A stretch of DNA of 64,000 bases from positions 96,001-160,000 of the IMG/VR virus record IMGVR_UViG_3300023174_000053, one strand, 5' to 3'. The translations under genes and the position numbers were made by a program. Origin of the DNA: a virus. The notes under the pieces were generated by a model, which did no database searches, was not told where the DNA came from, and worked only from the letters and a program-made list of their open reading frames with translations. Shown in pieces: positions 19,826-30,301 of the stretch (positions are counted from its first letter, which is position 1; each line of letters begins with the position of its first letter).

Positions 19826-21205
19826 TTAGTAATTACCAAACGGGTTCTTCTGCGAAAAGTCAACAATACCATCTGCTTCATCTTCAATTTCAATATTTTC
19901 AGAATAGGGGTCATATTCATCAAATGTATTGATTGAATATACTTTATGTGTTGCTGCTGCACCAACTATCAGTTCACCATTAGCAAAGTTTCCACCAACT
20001 ATTGAAACTTTAAGTACTCTAGTATCCGCATCCCAATCTTTTACATATCCAGTAGTTCCAGTCGAAACACCTCTAACTGATTCATTAAACTCAAAATTAC
20101 CAGTAGATATTCCAATAGGACTTGTAAGTGTAATTGTTGGGTTAACAGTATATCCAGCACCAGCATTAGTGTAACGAATTGCTGTTACAATTCCAGTAAC
20201 TGTTAAGACTGCTTCTGCTGCTGCGTTTACTCCTCCAGCAGGAGCAGTAGATATAGAAACAATAGGAGCAGATGAATATTGACTTCCGCCAGAAGTAATA
20301 TTTACAATTCCCAAAGTTCTAGAAGCAAGAACAGCAGTAGCAATTCCACCAGAACCAGATTGACCTACAATTGTAACTGATGGTATTTGTGTATAACCAG
20401 CACCAGGATTAACCACAAGAATTCTACTAATCGAATCTCCAGTTCTTCCTGTTTTGCTAGTCATAATAGCAACTGCAGTAGCATCTGTTCCTCCTACTGG
20501 TGCTTTTGTGATTTGAATAGTTGGTGTAGACAGATATCCAGTTCCATCATTAATCAAATCAATATATTGGACTGATTTGTTTAATGTAGAAGCAATAGAA
20601 ACCGTAGCAGTTGCTCTGATTGCAGTATCTTTAACCATATTAATGGTTTGGATATAACCAAAATCTTGAACTGACCTATCAACTTCATCGATTCCAGTAT
20701 CAATAAGTTCATCTTCGTATCTGAAGATTTCACATCTCAGTTCATAAACATAAAGATTGTTTAACTGATAAAATGGAACTTTTCCTTCAACATATTTGAT
20801 TTCAAAAAGACCATTATCAATTGGAAGATAAATTAAATCTCCCTCTTGTGGTCTTGTGGCAACTTTAATATCTGGATCATCCAATATAAATGGAGATATA
20901 AAATCTTCGTATCTTTCCTTTGAAATGATAAGAGTTAGTTCATCACTTGTTTTCACACCAAATTTTGATAAAATATCTCCTTGTCCCCCAAATCCATTAA
21001 AATTTGAAATATATGCTTCAATTCTAAAACTATCATCAAATTTTGATACTAAAACTTCTTTAATAATAGTTTTTTCATTAATTAACTGTCTGGGCATATA
21101 AACAACATCTTGCCCATACATTTTTAGTTGTTCATTAATTAAATCCTGAACAAGTCTTTGTTCACTGGAAGAACCTCCCAGAAAATAGGGATTTAGTGGT
21201 GCCAT
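19826..21205 (-). CDS. g14: Neck protein gp14 with inserted G.GY repeat domain
   Basis: NPYF...EQRLVQDLINEQLKMYG; RPQEGDLIY; PFYQL; DFSQKNPFG. Confidence 0.95.
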   Translation of the reverse strand: MAPLNPYFLGGSSSEQRLVQDLINEQLKMYGQDVVYMPRQLINEKTIIKEVLVSKFDDSFRIEAYISNFNGFGGQGDILSKFGVKTSDELTLIISKERYEDFISPFILDDPDIKVATRPQEGDLIYLPIDNGLFEIKYVEGKVPFYQLNNLYVYELRCEIFRYEDELIDTGIDEVDRSVQDFGYIQTINMVKDTAIRATATVSIASTLNKSVQYIDLINDGTGYLSTPTIQITKAPVGGTDATAVAIMTSKTGRTGDSISRILVVNPGAGYTQIPSVTIVGQSGSGGIATAVLASRTLGIVNITSGGSQYSSAPIVSISTAPAGGVNAAAEAVLTVTGIVTAIRYTNAGAGYTVNPTITLTSPIGISTGNFEFNESVRGVSTGTTGYVKDWDADTRVLKVSIVGGNFANGELIVGAAATHKVYSINTFDEYDPYSENIEIEDEADGIVDFSQKNPFGNY

Positions 21206-22020
21206 TATCCTATCATATCCATTGGAGGTAATTCGTATTCTGTCTTGAGTTCTCTTTCAAGTTCTTCAATTTCTCTAATCGCATCATTTAATATTCTTTC
21301 ACCATTCATCGTAATTCCACCAGGAAGTTGAACTCCATTAAACTTAATTAAATTCTGTCCCCATTGTCTTTTGATAATTGCTGTTAAATATCTTTTCAAC
21401 CACCAATCGTTATATACAGCAGAAAAATCTGATGGGTCTACAATTCGAATACAATCAACAATAATATAACTATTTTCATTTACCATTGCCCAGTCTATAT
21501 CCAAATATAGTCTGTGTTGCTTTTTGTTAAATCTCAATTGAACATCTGGAGTTATTAATCTACTAATATCTTCCAAATGTGTTTTTACCATTGCATAATT
21601 CAATAAATCAAGAGCACCATAATAATACAAATCATTCAAAAATATTTGATATTTGATATTAAATAAACCAGATGATATAGTATTTGCATCTGATTTGAAT
21701 ACGTTATTTACTCCAATAATTGTATCTGGAAGTTGAATAAAATTAGTTGTTTCTTGATAAGATACCGTTGTAATTCCAACAGAAGAATTACCAGTTGAAC
21801 TTGTAATACCTGTTCTTACTATAGTTTTTTCATCTGGAAGAAGTTTGTGCTTTAAATATACTCTTGCTGCACCATCATAATGCCTTTCATTAAAAAATTG
21901 AATAGCATCATCCACCAAATCGTCAATTTGATCGTCATCGACATTGACTTCTAAAACAGGATATCCAAGTTTTCGCAAACAATAATCAATTAATCCCTGA
22001 CGACTTGATGGTTGAGACAT
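21205..22020 (-). CDS. g13: Neck protein gp13
   Basis: LIDYCLRKLG.PV..VNVDDDQ; WLKRY.TA..KRQWGQNL.KF.GVQLPGG. Confidence 0.96.
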   Translation of the reverse strand: MSQPSSRQGLIDYCLRKLGYPVLEVNVDDDQIDDLVDDAIQFFNERHYDGAARVYLKHKLLPDEKTIVRTGITSSTGNSSVGITTVSYQETTNFIQLPDTIIGVNNVFKSDANTISSGLFNIKYQIFLNDLYYYGALDLLNYAMVKTHLEDISRLITPDVQLRFNKKQHRLYLDIDWAMVNENSYIIVDCIRIVDPSDFSAVYNDWWLKRYLTAIIKRQWGQNLIKFNGVQLPGGITMNGERILNDAIREIEELERELKTEYELPPMDMIG

Positions 22021-22047
22021 TATTTAATTGAAAACTCTAATTATTTA

Positions 22048-22275
22048 TCAGTATGTACCGCCATCAATAAATGGATATGGGTTCCATTCTTCTGTTGCTG
22101 AATTGTAAACAAGCACTGAATTATTTGGAATTCCAGCAGAAGCATTAATGTCATCTAAATCAGAAAGTTTCATTTTTAAATTTGCAACAGCAGAAACTAC
22201 CCTGTTTGCGTTATCAGCACCAAGTCTTACTTTTATTAAATTGTCTGAATTAGTTCTTACTCTAATGTCTGACAT
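22048..22275 (-). CDS. Hypothetical virion protein (L.DL.D.. repeat, IDGGTY C-terminus)
   Basis: 75-aa ORF in the late operon. Confidence 0.7.
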   Translation of the reverse strand: MSDIRVRTNSDNLIKVRLGADNANRVVSAVANLKMKLSDLDDINASAGIPNNSVLVYNSATEEWNPYPFIDGGTY

Positions 22276-22280
22276 TGTTT

Positions 22281-22619
22281 TTATGCAGTGGTAATTCCAG
22301 CAGTAACTAAGGCACTTCCTTCAACAACTCTTGTCTTTGCTGTTCCACTATTCAATAATATATCATAACAATATCTTCCTGGTCTTAAAGATGATGTGAT
22401 AGTTGAACCTAAAGAAATTTTAACTCTTCCGTCAGGTCTATTGGGAAAAGAAACTGTAAAAGCAGCAGAAGTGTTTAATGATGCTGGTGATTTTTTTAAT
22501 TTTGCATATCCAGTATATCCAGTCAAATTCAGTGGAGTGTTTGCTGTTGATTCGAGAAAAAATGTCTGATTAAAATCAGCACCTCCTGGAATTGTTATAT
22601 TAGCTACATATATTGCCAT
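22281..22619 (-). CDS. Hypothetical virion protein (BppU/Ig-like fold suspected)
   Basis: GADF...NLTGYT...L.PGRY.YD...RVVEG motif common in cyanophage structural genes. Confidence 0.7.
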   Translation of the reverse strand: MAIYVANITIPGGADFNQTFFLESTANTPLNLTGYTGYAKLKKSPASLNTSAAFTVSFPNRPDGRVKISLGSTITSSLRPGRYCYDILLNSGTAKTRVVEGSALVTAGITTA

Positions 22620-22652
22620 TATGATAACTAGATAAAATCTTTCCTAATATAT

Positions 22653-22853
22653 TTAGGATTTGTTTTCTAATAGTTTTGCGAGTAATAATTTTATCTCAGT
22701 CAATTCAGTTTTTAAATTTTCAATCTCACCTTTTTCATTCAATGTAGAGTTTTTAGCTCTCAAATATTCTTGATATTCATAATCATTACAATTTACGATT
22801 GCATTTGATTTTTCATCACGATATAATCCTTTATGCCCTTCTACTGGTATCAT
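22653..22853 (-). CDS. Small conserved hypothetical protein
   Basis: VEGHKGLYRD..SNAIVN followed by a coiled coil; overlaps the upstream stop. Confidence 0.75.
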   Translation of the reverse strand: MIPVEGHKGLYRDEKSNAIVNCNDYEYQEYLRAKNSTLNEKGEIENLKTELTEIKLLLAKLLENKS

Positions 22854-25800
22854 ATTGATGCAATTGCTCTTAGGTCTCTAATAAGTGGAACATATGATTG
22901 ATTTGTTCCAGTCATAATAATTTTAATTTGGAATCCATTGAATGGAGTTATATTTTTACCAGTAAATTCATAATTACCAAAATCATTTAAAGTATTTGAT
23001 GCTTGGACAAATCTATCAGACCTTCCATTATTTTTTGAAGAACTGATTACATTTCCATTCTCATCAAGATTATCATACCCTGGGAAAAATTCATATAACT
23101 GTTGTGAATCTGGGGTATCATTTCTAAGCAATCTATACATAACTCTAATATCATTTGATGAGTGTCTATACGCATCAAAGAGAACTTTTAAACTATCTGC
23201 TGATTTTTGTAGTTTTACAAGTTTTGAAACATAAATTGCTGCGTTTGGATCACCACTTAATTGATTAACTCTTGGTTCTAAAACAAAATCAGAAACAGGA
23301 TTATTAATTCTATTCATTGTTGTGATAATATTTACTCTATGTAAATCAATCATTGGGGATACTTTTCTATCACCTGTTGATAGTAGAAGTTCCATAGTAA
23401 ATGATCTATTTCCTGGTAAAGTAGTTAAATTTGAAAGTTCATTTACTTTGGAATAAATTGCAGAGGTTTCACTTAGTTGATTGGTAGAATTTAAAGATAT
23501 ATCCTCAAATCCTCTATTTGCAAATGAGATTTCATTTCCATTCACACTTGTTCCAGTTGTTGTTCTAATTTTTGCTCCAATTGATGTTGTTTCTGGTAAT
23601 AATGTTTGTATGTTTGGTCTAATACTATTAAATGTAATATTTTGTGTTGCTTTTGGTCCATTAAAAGATCCAACAGTTGGTGTTGATGAATATGTACCAC
23701 CAGACTTAGTTTGTTTGAAGAACAGTTCTGTCCCAGAACTTCTAACAAGACCTGATTTTGATTGATCTATCTTTATGTGGTAAGAATCAAGTTCAATTGG
23801 ATATTTTACCAAATCAACATCTGTAAATTTATGAGTTTTATTAATTCTTCTAAGTGAAACTCCATTAAACTCATATTTAAATACAGACGCATTTGCTAAA
23901 TGTATTGTTGGAACTGTATTATCAATTCCTCTTGTGATACCAGTTAACGTATTTCCATTAGTTCCTGTGTATGCAATAATTTCATTATCAATAATAACAT
24001 ATCCAATATTACTATTTGAACCAGGAACAGCAAGATTTTCAAAGGTTGCTAAAGTACCAATAGAATTTAGTGTAATATCACTAGTAGAAGTAGAAGAATA
24101 GTCAGCAGTTAGTTTTACAGGAGCAATATCAGATTCAATGCCACTTAACGTAACTTGATTAATTGGAGAATACATTCCGTGATTTTGATGATTGACTTTG
24201 AAGTGCAATCCATCAGTAATATTATTGGTACTAGTTACTGTTGCTCCTGATATTTCTGTTCCATTATTGGTGATTGTATAACCAGATGTTGTATTTACTT
24301 TTCCTTGAATATTATCAACAATAATAGAATTAACTGCTGAAATAATTCCAACATTATTTGGAATAGTTAAAATAAGATTTTTTCCAAGATTACTTGTATC
24401 TGTAGAACTTACAGTTAATGTGTCTCCAGCAGCATATCCAGTTCCACCATCAGTGATAGTCGCAGCAACTGCTACACCAGAGGAAACTGAAAGATTTACC
24501 TTTGCATTTTTCCCAAATCCTGTTAATGTTATTAAATTTATATTTGAATATGTCGTTAGAGCACTTGTAAATCCAGAACCAACATTTGTTAATGTTAATG
24601 TTGAACCAATTCCAACTGCACCAACCTTAGATACAAGATTTGAAATAAAATTAGTATTAGAGGTTTGACTAATTGTATTTCCAACGGATAATAAATTCTG
24701 ATTTGCAACAGATAAACTATTTCCCAAACCAATTAATGCTGAGTTTGAATAAGCATTTAGTGGATTTTTTCTCAATGTTACAATTTGATTGTTACCAATA
24801 TTCAAATCTGGATTATAGAATCTAAATGATGCTGGTGAAGTTACAAAGTCTGCTCTATATAAGGTAAACTTCAAATCTTCTAAATCAGATGCAGTCCAAG
24901 TTGATCCATTTTGTGATTTAAATAATGCTCCAAGAGTTGGTTGTTTAGAAACAATAATTTTTTGAGAATCTGGTTTATTTACAGTTGATATATCTGTTTC
25001 TCCCATTCTTGAAATCCATACATTATATGAATCGGAAGAAGAGAGCAATACAATTGAATAACCAGAACCAACTTTTTCCAAATAAACTGGAGATGGAAAA
25101 GTAAATGTAGTTGCGACAGTACCATCTTCTGATGTTTTAACATCTTTTGGATGTAAGTCCACCTGAGAAAATGGTAAAATTGTTTGCGTTGGAAGACCAG
25201 TTTGCATCGTTCTAATTTGAAATCTTACTGGAATTCCCTTAGTATCTTTTGTTTTAAAGAAAATGTCACATTTTGTAATATAAACTCCATTAGTATCAGC
25301 AACTTCAAATGATTGTGCTAATGGATCTACCCATCTAGTTGATTCTGATGTTGTTGTTGTGGAAGTATTGGATGAAACTAAATTAGTTTCAGATGAAGTA
25401 AATGTTCGTGCATCTGTTTGAGGAATTCTCTCAACATTTGCGTTTCTGATCCTAAGTGTAGAATTTTCAACATTATCCAAAGTTCCAGCAGAAGTGAAAT
25501 TGACTTCTGCTGTAGTTTCGTCTGAAGTAACGACTGTAGTATTTGTTGAACTTGATGTTAAAACAAAAGTTTTTGTTCCAGTTCTAAACGATGGAGTTGA
25601 TGGAATTGTTGGATCAGGAATAAACAATGAACCAATATAAACTCCAGATTCATCTGCAACCAATCTCATATCAGAGATGATTGCAATTGCTCCACTTGTT
25701 TGCCCAACTAATTGCATACTTTTTGTAATACTACCATAAAAACCAGATGAGACTTGCATTTCTAAACTTGCCGTATCAACATTTAATATTGTAGTTGTTG

Positions 25801-28800
25801 ATGAGTACGAACTAGATAAAGAATTTTCTGGTAAATATGGATTTATTGAAAATGTTTCTGTTGGTGAATTATATGGACCATATTTATGATTTTGTGTTGC
25901 AAGTCTAAATCTAATACTTTTTGATCCTAAAGATCCAACTACTGTTTCTCCAGCAGTAAAAGTTCCACTAGACATTGAAACTTCAATTAATTTTGGTATA
26001 ACATATGAAGTCATATCAACATTATCAAAAAATGCATAAACTCTTGAGGATGGTTTCAATGCCTTAGAAATAATTTCAATATTTCTAGATCTCATTGTTG
26101 TTATAATTTCTCTAGAAACAATTTTATCTCCAAGATTTTTTGAATCAAATCTTTCTTTAACACCAAATTGAATTCCTTGCCTGGATTGTTTTGTTGCTGT
26201 AGTGACTGTTTGATTTTTAAATTCTATAAAATCACTTACAGTTGTTGTTGTATCAGTTACCTGTCTTCTGCCTCCACCTGGATCAAAAGTTGTTGTGGAA
26301 CTTGTACTTCCAGTTTGTAATCTACCCAAAGATGGACCATTAAAGGTGTTGGTTCCAGTCCAAGTAGTTTCCCAAGCATTCCAATCAATTGGAGAAAGAC
26401 CAGTATTGCTATCTACACCAAGTTGTTGTATTGTTGTATTATAATTACCTTCAATGTCATCAATTCTTTCGGATCTTCTTGTTTCATTCCAAGTATCACT
26501 TGATGGATTTAATTGAATTGAACCAATCCAGTTAATTACATTAAATGGATTTACATTTTCACTTCTTGTAGCAAATTGATTTTTTACATATTCAACCTCA
26601 GAATAATTTAAACAAACAACATCTCCAATTCTTTTTATATTTGGTGAACCCAAATCACTAACAAAACGCAAATCAGCATCTGGATTTGATGTTTGTCCAA
26701 TTCCAATAACTGCTTCAGATCCTAAAAGTAAATCTATAGAAGTTGTATAATGGGTTGGTTTCAATATCCCATTAGCAGTATCGATACTTGCTTTATAGTC
26801 CCTATTTGTTATTTCTCCACCATTATAGGATCTAAAATTATCAACAAAGAAACCACATTTAAATCTATCTAATTTTGTTGTGGTGTCTCTTATTGTTAAA
26901 TTTTGAGTATCTGTTTCCAGTAAAGATAGTGACGTATAATATTCAACATTTGAAAGTCTATCTTCCAATCTGGAGATATCTTTCATTGTATATCGTTTGT
27001 GTTGCACTAAAGATGTTGATGCATCTTCTGAATTATTTAAATAAGCAGGTAAACGAATTGTTGCTATTTCTAAACAAGAATCTAAACCATTTGGAAGTTT
27101 TGGTTGGAGTGATGGAACCCCCTTGTTTACAATAAATGAACCTTCTTTTGTTAAGAATAATTTATCAATTCTTGGTAAATAATAATCATAAGATAAATTT
27201 ATTGCTTTATTTTGTGCAAAGATATTTTGTGTAGAATTTTGTCCAGTAAATAATCTTGATTCATACTCAAATGGTGATTTTGTACCAGAATATGGAGAAA
27301 CTCTTGGTCTTAAATCAATAACATCACTCAGAGATATTCCGTCAACTGATGATATATCATCTCCATATCTATCTTTATCATAAGAATTTACTCCAACAAA
27401 ATCACCAGCATCAGATGAATCAATTGTATAATTATTGTAAATAATTGTAATCTGTTTTGTTGGTGCAGCAACCTGTGGTTTTCTGATAAGTCTTGAAAAA
27501 TCAAGGTATTCTGATCTTTGCCCTTCATCTAAAATAAAGTTAGTTCTAATATTTTTATCACCAACTTGAATTGAGTCAACAGTTCCAGAAATTTGAGATT
27601 CTTCAAACGTAACTTTTTCACCAACAGAAAAAATATTTTCATTTAGATAAACAAATTTCACTTCATTTGTTCCATCATTTGATACTAAACTTGCAACTGC
27701 TCCAGTATCTTTACCAACTATTCTCTCTCCTTTAATTGAATTTAAAATATTTGAATTCAATCCAATTATTGTGATTGCTGGCAATATTGGAGTCGTTGAA
27801 GAAGATGACTCAAAAACCCCAATAACTGATTCTACGTCTGGAACATTTAATGAAATCTCATCATCTTCAACTCTTAAACCATAAACAGTACTAGTAGTTA
27901 ATCCATTTATAGACGTAGAAATACCAGAAGAAGTTTTGTTGATTGTTAGACTAGAGCATCTATTATATGACTTTTTACGAGTTTTTGTGTTTATTTTTTT
28001 AAGAGTAGCAGTCAATATTGCTGCACCATTGCCAGTAATATTTTGAATTGATATAGTTCTTCCACTTGGAACTAATTTTTGATTGTCTAATGCTACTACA
28101 GTTCCATCATTATAGGCCAAATTATAATCTTCTTCATCAAACGGTTCAAATGTTAATGAAGTGTCTGTTTCTAATGTATTACTATATGCGTTGTTTGCTA
28201 TAGTAATATTATAAGATTTTTTGAATACTACATCAGAACCAGTTAAATCTAAATTTGAAACTTTTGAGTTATTTAAACGTGCGTATAAAAATGCATTTTT
28301 TGTATTTAAAACATTTAAAGATACTACTTTGAAGTCATTTACAGTAATTGTTGAACTTGGAAGAGCACCAGAACAAACACCAGAAACAGAAGTCGTTGCT
28401 ACAATAGTTAAAGACTTTGAAGATCCACTAACAACAGAAACTTTGTTATAAGTAGGTACACTTTCTCCTTGCTTTGTATATGATACAATATCACCTACAT
28501 TAATTCCAACGTAAAAGTTTTGATTGGAAGTTGTTACTGTGGAAATTCCACTACCACCAGATGTGATGGTAAATTGAGTTCCTGGTTCCGCAACAGATAA
28601 TGTTTTTGATAAAATTGGATCAGCAGTAAAAGTTCCTACACCAGATACAGATTCATTTGCAACTATTTGATGAACATCGGATAAGGAATAATCTTTTGCA
28701 GATGCAATTGTGCGAGAAACATCTAAACCGTTAATTTTGATCTGCTCGTTTGTTATAAATGAACCAGAAACTTGATATAAGGTTAAAGTAGTAGATGCCG

Positions 28801-30295
28801 ATGCATTACTAATCAAATAACCTTTAGCACCACTATTTTTTCCTTCAATGTATGCTGGAGCAGTTTGTGTTAAAGCAGTATTGATCGTTAATACTGTATA
28901 TGTTTGAATATCATAGAGAGAACTTTCAAATTGAGTTGAAGCATTTGAATATGCTGCATTTTTTAATTTTAAATCATAAAGTCTAGCAACTCCAATCTTT
29001 GTTCCAGAAGAAACCCCAACAGTTGATGTTCTATCACTATAAAGACTCACTTGTGTTGTTAAACCAACACCAATAGAACTACGAACATTATTTAATAATA
29101 TTTGTCTTCCAACATTAAATGGAATTGATGCATTCTCTGCTCGTTCTGTTGTTCTTGGTTTTTCTATATCTACAATAGTATTACTAATCGTTTCAATCTC
29201 ATATCCACGAACATAAGCTTTTCCTGGACTTATTGAAATACAAGCAAGATCTTTTGATGGAGTATTTCCTTGTTTAGTTTTTTGATTGGAATAATAAACT
29301 CCATTATTTCCAATTCTATCATTTAATGATTCTTTTACTTGAATATCAAAAGGTCTTACATAATAATCACCAGATTCATCATAAGTTCTTCTTGCTAACT
29401 CATCTTTAATTAAATTATAATCAGTCTTATCTACAAATTTAGTCAATCCACCATTTTCTACTCGCAGCAATTCTACAAAATCCTGATCATTGAAGTCATC
29501 AATTTCTTTTTTGATTAAAGTTGTAGAGATTTTTAATCTATCAGCACCTGGAGCAGCATAATTTGAAAATCCTTGAGCATTATCAAATAAATCATTATAA
29601 TTATTTGTTGCTACAGCAATTTCCTCATCGATCAAAAGACCAACACGATATGTTGGAGTGTTTGCGTATTGGTCTAAAATTGCTACTTGTTTTGGAACAG
29701 TAATGAAAAATCCACGAACAAAATACACACCTTCTTCAATTTTTGCTGCTGATCCTTTACCAACAGAACCAGAAATAATTGAAGTTGCAAAAGATGTGTT
29801 TGTTCTAATTGAAGATAATGTATAATCAACATTTTCTAATGAAATTAAATTTTCACCATCAACAAAAGTTTTACTTGTGAAATTTGTATCACTAGAACTC
29901 TTATATTTTACATATAATGTATAGTTATTTTTTTCTGATTGTGTATTTGTAATATAATTTTCTACTACCGCAGTAACCCCACTTGTTTCCCCTTTTATAC
30001 TTTTACCTACAAACTTATCAATATATGCTGATACGGGAATTCCCAAATGTGTATCATCAATTTGTACATAACTATATTCCGAATCATATCCAATTTGACC
30101 TGGAATGACCATAGAACCTTCTTTGAAGAAGTGTTTCCCAAACTTTTCAACTTGATTTTGTAAAATTGATTGAAGAGTTGTTAATTCCCTTGCTTGAATT
30201 GGAGTTCCTGGTTTAAATAAAACTCTTTGATAACTTTTTTTGTCATCAAAGTCATCAAAGTATGGAGATACGTTTAGGTTAGTATTCTGTGGCAT
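22850..30295 (-). CDS. Large virion structural protein, DUF4815/VrlC-like
   Basis: MPQNTNLNVSPYFDDF...VLFKPG.PIQARELTTLQS; LARRTYDESG.Y; DRFK.GFFVDNF; DPLAQSF; DLKFTLYRA.F. Confidence 0.9.
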   Translation of the reverse strand: MPQNTNLNVSPYFDDFDDKKSYQRVLFKPGTPIQARELTTLQSILQNQVEKFGKHFFKEGSMVIPGQIGYDSEYSYVQIDDTHLGIPVSAYIDKFVGKSIKGETSGVTAVVENYITNTQSEKNNYTLYVKYKSSSDTNFTSKTFVDGENLISLENVDYTLSSIRTNTSFATSIISGSVGKGSAAKIEEGVYFVRGFFITVPKQVAILDQYANTPTYRVGLLIDEEIAVATNNYNDLFDNAQGFSNYAAPGADRLKISTTLIKKEIDDFNDQDFVELLRVENGGLTKFVDKTDYNLIKDELARRTYDESGDYYVRPFDIQVKESLNDRIGNNGVYYSNQKTKQGNTPSKDLACISISPGKAYVRGYEIETISNTIVDIEKPRTTERAENASIPFNVGRQILLNNVRSSIGVGLTTQVSLYSDRTSTVGVSSGTKIGVARLYDLKLKNAAYSNASTQFESSLYDIQTYTVLTINTALTQTAPAYIEGKNSGAKGYLISNASASTTLTLYQVSGSFITNEQIKINGLDVSRTIASAKDYSLSDVHQIVANESVSGVGTFTADPILSKTLSVAEPGTQFTITSGGSGISTVTTSNQNFYVGINVGDIVSYTKQGESVPTYNKVSVVSGSSKSLTIVATTSVSGVCSGALPSSTITVNDFKVVSLNVLNTKNAFLYARLNNSKVSNLDLTGSDVVFKKSYNITIANNAYSNTLETDTSLTFEPFDEEDYNLAYNDGTVVALDNQKLVPSGRTISIQNITGNGAAILTATLKKINTKTRKKSYNRCSSLTINKTSSGISTSINGLTTSTVYGLRVEDDEISLNVPDVESVIGVFESSSSTTPILPAITIIGLNSNILNSIKGERIVGKDTGAVASLVSNDGTNEVKFVYLNENIFSVGEKVTFEESQISGTVDSIQVGDKNIRTNFILDEGQRSEYLDFSRLIRKPQVAAPTKQITIIYNNYTIDSSDAGDFVGVNSYDKDRYGDDISSVDGISLSDVIDLRPRVSPYSGTKSPFEYESRLFTGQNSTQNIFAQNKAINLSYDYYLPRIDKLFLTKEGSFIVNKGVPSLQPKLPNGLDSCLEIATIRLPAYLNNSEDASTSLVQHKRYTMKDISRLEDRLSNVEYYTSLSLLETDTQNLTIRDTTTKLDRFKCGFFVDNFRSYNGGEITNRDYKASIDTANGILKPTHYTTSIDLLLGSEAVIGIGQTSNPDADLRFVSDLGSPNIKRIGDVVCLNYSEVEYVKNQFATRSENVNPFNVINWIGSIQLNPSSDTWNETRRSERIDDIEGNYNTTIQQLGVDSNTGLSPIDWNAWETTWTGTNTFNGPSLGRLQTGSTSSTTTFDPGGGRRQVTDTTTTVSDFIEFKNQTVTTATKQSRQGIQFGVKERFDSKNLGDKIVSREIITTMRSRNIEIISKALKPSSRVYAFFDNVDMTSYVIPKLIEVSMSSGTFTAGETVVGSLGSKSIRFRLATQNHKYGPYNSPTETFSINPYLPENSLSSSYSSTTTILNVDTASLEMQVSSGFYGSITKSMQLVGQTSGAIAIISDMRLVADESGVYIGSLFIPDPTIPSTPSFRTGTKTFVLTSSSTNTTVVTSDETTAEVNFTSAGTLDNVENSTLRIRNANVERIPQTDARTFTSSETNLVSSNTSTTTTSESTRWVDPLAQSFEVADTNGVYITKCDIFFKTKDTKGIPVRFQIRTMQTGLPTQTILPFSQVDLHPKDVKTSEDGTVATTFTFPSPVYLEKVGSGYSIVLLSSSDSYNVWISRMGETDISTVNKPDSQKIIVSKQPTLGALFKSQNGSTWTASDLEDLKFTLYRADFVTSPASFRFYNPDLNIGNNQIVTLRKNPLNAYSNSALIGLGNSLSVANQNLLSVGNTISQTSNTNFISNLVSKVGAVGIGSTLTLTNVGSGFTSALTTYSNINLITLTGFGKNAKVNLSVSSGVAVAATITDGGTGYAAGDTLTVSSTDTSNLGKNLILTIPNNVGIISAVNSIIVDNIQGKVNTTSGYTITNNGTEISGATVTSTNNITDGLHFKVNHQNHGMYSPINQVTLSGIESDIAPVKLTADYSSTSTSDITLNSIGTLATFENLAVPGSNSNIGYVIIDNEIIAYTGTNGNTLTGITRGIDNTVPTIHLANASVFKYEFNGVSLRRINKTHKFTDVDLVKYPIELDSYHIKIDQSKSGLVRSSGTELFFKQTKSGGTYSSTPTVGSFNGPKATQNITFNSIRPNIQTLLPETTSIGAKIRTTTGTSVNGNEISFANRGFEDISLNSTNQLSETSAIYSKVNELSNLTTLPGNRSFTMELLLSTGDRKVSPMIDLHRVNIITTMNRINNPVSDFVLEPRVNQLSGDPNAAIYVSKLVKLQKSADSLKVLFDAYRHSSNDIRVMYRLLRNDTPDSQQLYEFFPGYDNLDENGNVISSSKNNGRSDRFVQASNTLNDFGNYEFTGKNITPFNGFQIKIIMTGTNQSYVPLIRDLRAIASI

Positions 30296-30301
30296 TTTTC
30301 T